The notes beneath the pieces were generated by a model. That model was not told where the DNA came from, did not search any database, and was given only the letters and a program-made list of their open reading frames with translations. A DNA stretch of 64,000 nt from NCBI RefSeq assembly GCF_036321535.1, contig NC_087436.1:12400001-12464000 (forward strand), written 5' to 3'. Of the stretch, positions 1-10,985 are shown piece after piece. This DNA comes from Camelus dromedarius (lineage: Eukaryota). The stretch's first letter is position 1, and the number at the start of each line of letters is the position of its first letter. A program made the translations under genes and the position numbers.

Positions 1-559
1 GGGATTCTAGAATTGGCTAAACTAATCTATGTTTGGCAGAAACCAGATCAATGGTCACTATAGTTAAGGATGGGACTAGTGAAAGCAAAGGAGCAGGGGG
101 GTTTCTTTGGGATGACAGGAAGGCATAACTTGATGAGAGTGACAGTTACATATGGTATATGTATTTTTCTACACTACAGTGTATTTTTAATATAAATCTG
201 CCTCAATTATGTTCATTTATAATAAAAAATACAGAAAAGCAAGTTTCAGAGATGAAGGTAATAAACTCAGATTTCTTGAACAACCAATGAGGCAGTTGAA
301 AAACAAGTTGACTTCAGGTTCTCAGAAGAATATTTAGCAAAAGTTTGAGTTTTAGGGTCTTGAGCATTTCAAATAGTGATTCCCTACCATAGTTGCCCAT
401 TAGAGCTGTTAAGGGAGACGTTGGGTACACCAACATCTGGGTTTTTCCTCCAGAAATTCTGATTTAATTGGTTTGGAGAGAAGTGCAGAATATAGTATTT
501 TTTAAAAAGCAGATACGTATTTCTCATGTGCCATCAGGCGTAGATACTGTTACTATAAA

Positions 560-1139
560 GGGTTATTGAAATTATGGAAACAGATCAGATTTCTTTCAGG
601 TAGCTCATAAAATGAGAAAAGAAGAGGAGTAAAGATCAATATTTACAAGGCTAAAATTTTTTAAAGTAATGAATCTTTATTAGGAGTATTGGTATGCTTC
701 TCAACAAAGACATTAAAAGGATAATAAAACAATACTATTAAAAAGTCTATGTAAACAAATGTGCCAGTGTAGAAGTGGACGGAGTTTTGGAAAATACAAC
801 TTACCAAATAAGAAGAAACATATATAACTATTAGAGAAATTAATTTTTTATCCAAAGCCTCTAAAAAACCAACTCCAGACCCAGATGGTTTCACTGATGA
901 ATTATATTAAAAATCTTCAAGGAGGAAACAGCACTAATCTTGCACAGATGATTTAGAGGAGGTAGAATGAATTCCTAGCTCATTTTTTGAGGCCAATATA
1001 ACATTAATACTAAAATCTGACGGACATTATTGAAAAAACAGAAGGATGTTACAGGCCAATGTGCCTTATGCAAGAAGATGAAAAAAGCACTTCTAAATAA
1101 TTAGAAAATCAAATCCAACAATCCACAACTCATGATAAA
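560..1139 (+). mobile_element. Ancient L1 ORF2 fragment
   Basis: Contains ccagacccagatggtttcactgatgaatt, ttttgaggccaatataac and acaggccaat, typical degenerate L1 ORF2 sequence. Confidence 0.7.
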
Positions 1140-2040
1140 TTATCCCTTGAGCACGGAGTTTGCCCACCACAGAAGAACCACTTGGGATGTGGGAGAAGCA
1201 GCTTCAGAGTAAATATTGACATTTGGAAAGAACAACAAACAAACCAACAAAAATAACTAGTGCCTACCGCAAAAGATGCAATTTCTGATTATTTCTAACA
1301 TAACTATGCATATTCTTGCTAGGGGTAATTAACCTGGGATTTAGGGGTGTTATTTTACCTTGAGTAAATGAATGTATCTCCCTGAGTATCAACAGAGATG
1401 TGTCTAAGACAGAGAGAATAATGTATTTCATTAAAGACCCCTAAATAATTAGAGAGTGGGAGGAATAGAATCTTTAACTCCTTATCATCATGCCAGGACA
1501 CTCTCTATTTAGCATAATTAAACTTTAAAAGATGAGTTCTAAGTTCCAACAGTCTTGCTCATTCTCTACTATTAATGTGCACTTAATATACTTGTTATAA
1601 ATCTGATCATTGTGACCTAATTACTACATAATATCTTACTTCTAAAGCAAGACACATTTAGGTAATTTCTATCATCTCTGTGGGATGTAATCATCACAAA
1701 AACTTTCTTACCAATTGAAGGTATTACTTGTCTCTACTTTAAAAATATACCATAATCATGACATCTAAACATAGCAATATATAGCCAATTAAGCCTACTC
1801 TAACTAGAATGTGTGAAGTTTCAAGAAATATGCTCTTTTATGTCATTTCAGTTACATTTTAAACCTTACATCTTGTGATCTGGAATCAACTTTCCTATTT
1901 ACCCTTTGCATTCTTGGCTGGTACCATAGAAATTTAAATCAAAACCTTCACTTACTTGCTAAGCTATGATCAGGTTTAATCAAGCATTCAACCTGAAGAG
2001 GCTTCTTTTTGTACCAATCTTCAACCTTACCCACAATTTG
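1140..2040 (-). pseudogene. Possible second EBLL fragment (L N-terminal region), heavily decayed
   Basis: Minus-strand peptides LIKPDHSLAS (PDHSL at 1974-1960), HDD (1492-1484), EIASFA (1285-1268), FFPNV (1232-1218) and LKG* (1151-1140) occur in the order of recalled bornavirus L INRTDQSLKN, HDD, VSSVQ..YFPEI and IKGY. Many stops and frameshifts; matches are short. Confidence 0.38.
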
Positions 2041-4447
2041 GAAGGAAAGGTGGAAAAATAAGACAATTTGAGATGCTAGACAGGGCACTTGGCTGGTTAA
2101 GGCTTATTGCTTTAAGATGTTCTAAGGCGAGGATGACGGAGCCACTGTAAGTTATGCTATCTTATTTCATAGCTCAGAGAAAGTAGCTCTATGAGCTCAG
2201 TGACAGTAATGGAGAAAGACGGTATTCAGAGGTGCTGTTCACTTTGAAAGAGATGGTAGGGCTGTGGTGAGGATCAGTGAAAGGAAAGAAGAGAAAGGCA
2301 AAAAAAAAAAAAAAAAGGCATACAAAGAGAAAATGATGTAAAAACTGATAAAGAAATAGAAATGACCAGATACTCTCTAAGATCTCGGGCTAGAAAGTAA
2401 CTGTGATGGTAGGCTAGATCACGTGACAGTAAAAAGTAACCCTTGAATCGCTGTGACTCGACACCATACGCAAGTGGCATCCTCGACGCCTATCATGATC
2501 AGCCAAAGAACTCTGCTCATTGTAATCACATGGACCCAGGCTGGCAAAGCAACTGCCATCTAGAACATTACCAGTTCTGCACCAGACAGCAAATGCATAC
2601 CAGTTCTCAGTCTTCCCCAAGGAAATGACACATATCACTTCTCTCAATTCTATTGGCTAAGCCAAGAAAAATGGCCCCACCTCTTGAATGTGCCCTCACC
2701 TCCTGACAATGTGCCTTTGTAGGAGAATCATAAATATGTGGTCAAGTAATAAGCATATATGATACTCTACAGCCCCTGCCAGATAGTAAGGTGAAGTACA
2801 TACCCCACAGAGCACTGGTAAGTGGACCACCCAGTATCCAATCTCCTTTTATTCTCCATCCACAATTGTTATTTCTTGAGATGGTAATCTGAACACCTAA
2901 AAACTACATTGTCCATCTTCCTTTGTAGACAGAGGCAGCTGCGGACACAGTTCTGGCTAACAATACATGGATGCCATTAGTTGGGGCTTCTAGGAACACT
3001 GTAATTCAGGCACTTAAAACAGACTAAGCCGGCTCCTGCCTTTCTTCCTGACTTCTGGGAACAGATGTGATGCCAGCGGAGTGGGGGTGAGATGTGATGA
3101 TGCCCACGCTTTCACCCTGGATGGCCAAATTTCAAACTCCTAGATGTTTAAAAGAGGAAAAAAAAAACCCTTCTATTTCTGTTCAGCCACTTTCAGCATG
3201 GTTTTGTCTTACACATGTGGCTGGATCTATTCCTATGCGATCCAGAATTTGAAACCAGGAGTGCGGTGATACAAGTCATGGATTTTAAAGTACAGACTTG
3301 GCTTCGTAGGGACCTTGTAGTGGCAGGAGTTAAGATCTCACTCATTTTTATTTCCCTTGAATCCCATTCAGCGCTAAGGCAACAGAACAGCATTTTTTCC
3401 CCCTCTGATAAATATCTAGAACCACTTTCCATATTGTTCAGTCTTTCTGTTACTCTGTGTTTCTGTGTCATGAAAACAAAGTGCAAAAACTGATCACAGT
3501 ATCAGCTTCTGACTAGATCACGGTTCTGAGATGCTCTCACATGGACTGACTTTATTGAACATGAGGGTGGTTCTCAATAAATCTCAGCTACTTATCCCTT
3601 AAATCATCTTCCCTCTTAGGACCTCACAAGCGTCTGCTGCTCTACATTTAAGCTGTCCCCTTAACTGCCTGTCTTCTCTGAAAGCCTGTGGCTTGTTTTC
3701 CATTCATTTATTTATAAGCCTGTCAGTATGATGACATTAGGTGAATTTCTAAAGATGGAGGGAAATTCTGAAAGCGAGGAGGGATAAAGTGAGGAAGACA
3801 GGCAGGAAGTTCTATTTCTCGAGTTACCAGTGGGAGAATTACACAGTTACAGGTAGAAATGATCAGCTTTTGTATATTAAAACTTTTTTAAAATGTCTCT
3901 AAGATTTTCTTCCAATCACAGGAATATTGCCATATCTTGGTCTTTTGATAGGTTTGCTTAATAAAGATGGTCTTTAGATATTGTGTCTGTGGTGACTATG
4001 TTTCCCATTTCTTTGTTGTTCTTCTCATATTGCTAACAGAGCACTCCAACACAGTCAACGTTACAGAATGACTCTAAGTTGAGCCATATTTTCAGGGAAC
4101 TGAAGAAAAAAATGACCAAAGAATAGCTGAGTTCAGTGCTTTCCTGGGAATAAAGAGAGACCCATATGCATTTCTCTCTCCAATTCCCCAATAAATTTGC
4201 TGTCTTTGGCATATGCATGTTATGGATGACAGTGTCAATTAAGACAGGTTCTATTTTTAAAAAAGAAAAATGTTAGCAAAAAAAAAATGTTGTTTTAAAA
4301 TTGTCTTAGAGGAAGAGATAAAGAATACTCATAAGACCTACTGCCACATACCCTTCTGCAAAAGATACTCCACGACCTCACTACTTCTAGGAAGATAAAA
4401 TTTTCTTTTTACACTAAAGATAAACTTTCATTTAAAGGACAATTCCA

Positions 4448-5296
4448 TATCAGAGAAATGCAAATAAAAATTACAATGAGGTATCACTTCACTCCAGTCA
4501 GAATGGCCATTATCCAAAAGTCCAAGAGTGATAAATGCTGGAGAGGGTGTGGAGAAAAGGGAGCCCTCCTACACTGTTGGTGGGAATGTAGGTTGGTGAA
4601 GCCAATATGGAAAACAGAATGGAGATTCCTCAAAAAACTAAAAATAGACTTACCATGTGATCCAGCAATCCCACTTCTGGGTATATATCAGGAGGGAACT
4701 CTAAGTTGAAAAGACACCTGCACCCCAATGTTCATAGCAGCACTATTTACAATAGCCAAGACATGAAAATAACCTAAATGTCCATCAACAGATGACTGGA
4801 TTATGAAGCTGAGTATATATACAATGGAATACTACTCTGCCATAAAAAATAATGAAATAATGCCATTTGCAGCAACATGGATGGACCTAGAGATCGTTAT
4901 TTTAAGTGAAGTAAGCCAGACAGAAAAAGAAAAATACCATATGATAGCACTCATATGTGGCATCTTAAAAAAAAAAAAAGGACACTATGAACTCATCTAC
5001 AAAACAGAAACAGACTTGCAGACTTAGTAAACAATCTTATGGTTACTGGGGAAAGGGAGAGGGAAGGAGTAAATTTGGGAGTTTGAGATTTACAAATATT
5101 AGCCACTATATATAAAAATAGATTTTTAAAAGTTTTTTTGTATAGCACAGGGAACTATGTTCAATATCTTGTAATAACCTTTAATGGAAAAAATATGAAA
5201 ATGAATATATGTATGGATATGCATGACTGGGACATTGTGCTGTATACCAGAGACAGACACATTGTAACTGACTATATTTCAATAAAAAAAATTAAT
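4448..5296 (+). mobile_element. 5'-truncated L1 (ORF2 C-terminus, 3'UTR, polyA)
   Basis: ORF2 C-terminal peptide [17 protein letters not shown]...HCWWEC. AATAAA and A tail at ~5281. TSD aaaggacaattcca (4434-4447) / aatggacagttcca (5297-5310). Confidence 0.93.
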
Positions 5297-6569
5297 AATG
5301 GACAGTTCCAGAATGGGCATTATTCTATTTAGCTCCCTTCCACTGCAAAACAATGTGAAGTACTGGAAACAAATATTGTCAGAATCATGTTTTCAAAAGT
5401 ACTGCTATTTAGAAAGAAAATATGTATATAGGCAAACAAACACTCAAACACAGCACCAAAACCAGACAAAACAACCAAATGAAAGCAGACTTCTACGAGG
5501 AAGCAAGTACACAGGCCAGCTGCTATCCTGAGAGTATTTTCTGAAGCTCAAGTTGACAGACTTTCATTGTGACAGCAATAGGAAATAAAGGTTAGGTTCT
5601 GCATGAGGTAGGGAGGTTAATGGGTACTTATCCTTAAAGATGGGAGTTAAATGTTCACAAGCTAATGAGAAATAAACCCACTGTGCAGAAAGAGACAGTA
5701 AGAAACTAGCTAGCATCAATCATCCCGCTAGGCAAAGGGAAAAATTTTATATGAGAATTTGAAGGCATTATACAATCCTCATGTGCGTTTTCAGACTGAA
5801 TTCAGGCCTTGTGTGTGGTAGCAAAAACCTCAATCAAGTAACTCTACTGAAATGAGTCTAGCATAGTAGCACTCCCAGGCAACTGGGAGAGAAAAAAATA
5901 TATATAAATTGGCTCTGTAGGAAGGAATCTTCATCTTAGACCCTAAAAGAAAGCAAAGAGAGAATTCCAAGGACCACCAACTTTGCAATATAAATTACAA
6001 AGCACACAAGGGAGCAAGAGTATTACTAAGGCAGTGAAGACCCCAGGAGCCAAGAGTCCAGGAAGAAGTGAAGCTCACAGTGGAGATCTCCGCATGTGGT
6101 GCTGCTTTCCCCCAAAGGCAGAAGATGTTAAAAGCTGAATAATGCTTTTGACAGTCTCCTCGGACTGGGGCCAAGGAAGGAGAGGACTGGTAATCATTCC
6201 AGGCTTTAGATCATAAAGACTAATCTGTAAGAGTAAGAGCGAAATGGAATTAGACAAACACTTAAAAACACCGAGGCTCTGATTCAAAACAGATCAACCC
6301 GTTTTCTGTGAATTCCCGTCTATGTCTCCACTGTCTGCCAAAAGAAAAAGCCAGTCTCCTCTGGAGGACAACGGTATCACTCAAAGTCTCGAATCAACTT
6401 TACAATTTTTCAAAGGAAATAAGGAGGCATAAAAAAAGGCAAAAATTGGGCAATAACTAAGAGAAAAAACAAGTATTATAAACAAATTCACAAAATACCA
6501 GAGGGAAATAATTGCAAGAAACAATAAAGAGCAACAAAAGGGGTAAATCTGTAGGTAAATTTAAACAAA

Positions 6570-7790
6570 GATCAGTTGACCCCTCGAAATCCTACAGAAG
6601 ATCTTCCAACAAAGTAACTAACTCATCATCCTGGGGCAGGAGGAGTATTTTGCAGACCTCTACAGGTTTGGAGAGAGGAAAACAGCCCCCAACCAAGGAC
6701 TGAAAGCAACATGATGTTTCTTAGATGAATGTTTCTTAAGTGAAGTGTATGAAGCACTCATGTCAGAATCTCCGGAAACGGAGTGTGTCCCACCCACACA
6801 TATTGAACCAAGATTTGTGGCGGCTGAGTCCCTGAAAACTGCATATTTCATGCAGCAGATAAATCTGCCCCACGCTAATGCTTAATACGAGCTGTTACAG
6901 GATAAACGATGGGTACTTCTCTTTCTAGGATGAGTTATTCCCTCTTTGAAATAATATATTTGGAGTAATGGTTACTACCCAAGTTAAAAAAATACCTTTT
7001 TCCTGCCCCCGTACATCCAGGTGGGTCAACGTTTACTTCATGGACTATAATTGAGAGGGTAAAGTAGAATGTAACAATAAAGGAAGTACTTTCGATCACT
7101 AAGGAGTAACTCCAGTAAATTTTTCTTCTGTTTAAATAAAATCTCTCTGACTATAAACTAGAACCTTTTTATTTTTGCTTATAACAATTGGAAATGGAAA
7201 AATTCTTATCATCCTTCTTATAAAGATTCCTTGAGCCTTTGGCATTCAGCGTTACTTTGATCACAGTTCTTGCTTGTTGACCCCTTGCAAGGTGCTAGAC
7301 TGAGATCTGGGCACTTTAGAATCCAGGTGGAGATGGATAAGCCACATAAACAACTAGGTTCGGGCCATTGTTGTAAAACTTTTTGAGCTTTGTGCCAAAA
7401 TCACAATTTTCAATTCTTCGAGAACTGCCCTCTAGTCCAATAAGGGTCAATTACACCAGATGTGTTTATATTCATGATCCCCTCTCACCACAATTCACTG
7501 TACCAGGAATGATCACACAGCCTGCGAAGGGCCTATCAACTTCCATGAACTCCAAATTTGAAATCGTAATGATAGAAAGTTAGTGGATGTGGGTGGCTAG
7601 AAATACAATTTGTATATTCAGTGCCTGTGGGATGGTCAGAGTCAATCAGGTTATGAATATTAGCATCCGATCTAAAGAGAAAAGTACAGTGCCTCGTGTT
7701 CTCTGTTTTCTTCTTTAAAAAGGCAAAAACTTTGGCATGTCAGTACCATCCTCTAGACTCTCAGTTATCCCTCCACCAAACTGCAGCATC
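6570..7790 (-). pseudogene. Candidate endogenous bornavirus-like L element (EBLL), capping/PRNTase (CR V) region, decayed
   Basis: Manual minus-strand translation across two frameshifts (~7421, ~7140) gives, in order: ALRRLCDHSW (7532-7503), SGVIDPYWTRGQF (7460-7422), HLARGQQARTVIKV (from 7294), TLTHLDVRG (from 7032) and *HECFIHFT*ETFI* (6765-6721). These are colinear with recalled Borna disease virus L motifs [43 protein letters not shown] and [15 protein letters not shown]. Confidence 0.72.
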
Positions 7791-7839
7791 AAAGTAGCAT
7801 AACACATTAGTAAATAATAGCACTACATGGAACTAATTG

Positions 7840-7990
7840 CCTGGGTATAAACCCAAGCTCCAAGTTCCATGTCACAGATTTGTGATATTGGACATATCAA
7901 TTACTTTTTAAGTCTCACTTTTCCCGTCTGTAAAATGGAAATAATAGTGTTATCTACCTCAAAGCATTGCCATGAAAATTAAAAAAATAA
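7840..7990 (+). mobile_element. MIR SINE fragment
   Basis: MIR core ttcccgtctgtaaaatggaaataatagtgttatctacctc. Confidence 0.7.
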
Positions 7991-9399
7991 TATTTTAAAG
8001 TCAGCTAATGTATGGTAAATAAGAAATACCATGCAAGTAGTATTTTATGAAACAAGCAAATACAATGTATTACTAAATGAAAATTGTCTTGACTTTTAAA
8101 TGAAAATTTCCATTGCTGGATACTTTATTGCTTTTTTCGAATGACTTTTAGTCACTGCTCACTCTGGTAGTGATAATTATTACTAAGTCTTTTATTTGTT
8201 CTCACTTTTCATATCACAAAACTTTCTCCTCAATTCACTTTCTTTCTTAGTGTAGTGCATCCTTTTAGATTTCTTACCAAAAACATTTATGTATGATATA
8301 CATACTTAATAGTTTGTTTAGGATATTGTAAAAGATTTAGATCCCAAACTACATTTTAAAATAATACATCATGACTAAATAGGACTTAGTCTAGAGAAGT
8401 TCTACATCAAAAAGTTATATCAATGTGATTCACCAAATTGAATAAAAGGGAAAAAATCTACACAATCATTTCAATATATGCTGTCTATCTATTTCTATAT
8501 CTATTTGCCATTTTGCTAGATTGTCAGCCATTAACATTGCCTTACTATATCCTCTCCTAAGATCAATTTTGCATAGCAGGTACGAGGAACATCATTTTCT
8601 AGAATCTCCTTCCCCATTGCTTCAGGCTAGAATTTGCCAATAAGAAGACCTTGCGTATGTGGAAAGTGACTGGAGGAAAAGTTTTCATTCCAGGAAGCTT
8701 GTGGCAGCCAGACACCATGGTTTCACAGATTTCTCTACAAGTTCCTACTTGGCTGCTACAGAACAAGACAGAAAAGACCTTGGCTTTTACCAGAGACTTG
8801 AAAATTCCTGAACTTTTCTGACAAATGTGGGAGACTGAGAGACTCACTTGTTCAGGGCTTCAGACTGAAGTCATCAGAGACCCCCTGACCTTCTAGTGAA
8901 GCTCTTTCCAATCTTCACCCACTCAGCTCTTTATACATTCATAGGTGTTCTATTGTCTTAAAAACATCTTTATTACAATAATATTTAGAATAATTCCATT
9001 TTACTGACCAAACCAAGAATGATAAAAATGATGTAACAATTATAAAAATATGGGTAGATGTAAATGTTCTTTCACTCATAAAAGCTACCTACAAAATTTA
9101 TAAATACATTTCAACAAATGGATAAATTTAAATACATTCATTTTAATATCAGAAATAAGATAATGATGCCCATTATCACTGCTACTGTTGAGCAGAACTG
9201 GCCAGGAAATTAAATGACTAACAAAGATTAGAGGAGAAGAAGTAAAGTATTCATTACTTGTAATGCTATAAACATTCACATTAAAAAGGATGATCAACAA
9301 GTAATACCAAATGATAAAAGTACTATGCTATATTTAAGGATAAAAAATAATAGTCTTCCTTTATACTATCAATAACAAATTATAAAATATAATTAAATA

Positions 9400-10930
9400 C
9401 AAAAGACCCCAAGTTATCAAAGCAATCATGAGAAAAAAGAACAAAATTGGAGGTATCATGCTCCCTGACTTGAGAATATACTGCAAAGCTACAGAAATCA
9501 GAACAGCACAATACCAGCACAAAAACAGACACATAGATCAATGGAACAGAAAAGAGCCCAGAAATAAACCCACACCTTGTGGTCAATTAATCTATTACAA
9601 AGGAGGTAAGAATATACAATGGAGAAAAGACAGTCTCTTCAATTGGAGGTGCTGGGAAAACCGGACAGCTACAAGTGAAAGAATGAGATGAGAACATTTC
9701 CTCACACCATATACAAAAATAAACTCAAAATGGATAAAAGACCTAAGTGTAAGACCTGAAACCATAAAACTCCTAGAAGAGAACATAGGCAGAACACTTT
9801 TTGACATAAATCGCAGCAATAGTTCTTTAGATCTGTCTCTTAAAGCAAAAGGAATAAAAGCAAAAAGAAACAAATGGAACCTAATTAAACTAAAAAGCCT
9901 TTGCACAACAAAAGAAATCATCAACAAAAAGAAAAGACAACCTACTGAATGGGAAAATATTTGCAAATGATATAACAGACAGGGAATTAATATTCAAAAT
10001 ACATAAGCAGCTGATACAACTCATTATCAGAAAAATAAACAACCCAATCAAAAAATGGGCAGAAGACCTGAATAGACATTTTTCCAAAAAAGACATATGG
10101 TAACTAATAGGCACATGAAAAGACGCTCAGAATTGTTAATAATTAGAGAAATGCAAATCAAAACAACAGTACCACCTCACACCTGTCAGAAGGACTATCA
10201 TCAAAAGTCTATAAATAACAAATGTTGGAGAGGATGTTGAGAAAAGGGAACCCTTGTTCACTGTTAGTGGGAAGGTAAATTGATGCAGCCACTGTGGAAA
10301 ACAGTATGGAAGTACCTCAAAACACTGAAACTAGAACTAGCATATTTCTCAATAATTCCACTCCTGTGTATACATGCAAAGAAAACAAAAACAGCAATTT
10401 GAAAAGACGCATGCACCCCAATGTTCATAGAGGCATTATTTACTATTGCTAAAATACGAAAGCAATCTAAGTGCCCATCAACAGATGAATGGATTAAGAA
10501 GATGTGATATACATATATATAATGAAATATTACTCAGCCTCAAAATCAATAAAAATTTTGCCATTTGCAAAAGTGAAATAAGTCAGGGAAAGAAAAATGT
10601 TATGTTATCACTGATACGTGGAATATAAGAAATAAGATGAATGTATATAACAAAACAGAAACAGACTCACAGATACAGAGAAGAAAATAGTTAACCAGTT
10701 GTGTGGGGTGACAGAGGAGTATGGGATTAAGAGACACAAACTACTTTGTGTAAAATAAAAAAGCAACAAGGATATACTATACAGCACAGGAAAATACAGA
10801 CATTTTTTGTAATAATTTTAAATAGAGTATAATCTATAAAAACATAGAACCACTTATGTTGAACACTTTAATAACTAGTATAATACTGTAAATCAACCAT
10901 ACTTCAATAAATTTTTTAAAGAAATAAAAA
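9400..10930 (+). mobile_element. L1 3' portion (ORF2 end and 3'UTR) nested in older L1 ORF2 remnants (8340-8480, 9100-9390)
   Basis: ORF2 peptides GGIMLPDLRIYCKA..RHIDQWN and KDSLFNWRCWEN. L1 3'UTR and A-rich tail at ~10905-10930. Confidence 0.9.
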
Positions 10931-10985
10931 TCTCAAATAAACAACCTAACAAATATTATATAATTTAAAATAATATACCACTTTA

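Noticed and set aside
3400..4260. Unique-looking DNA between the two EBLL candidates, checked in part for further viral coding remnants
   Set aside because: Partial manual inspection of the minus strand showed no recognisable L, G or N motifs.
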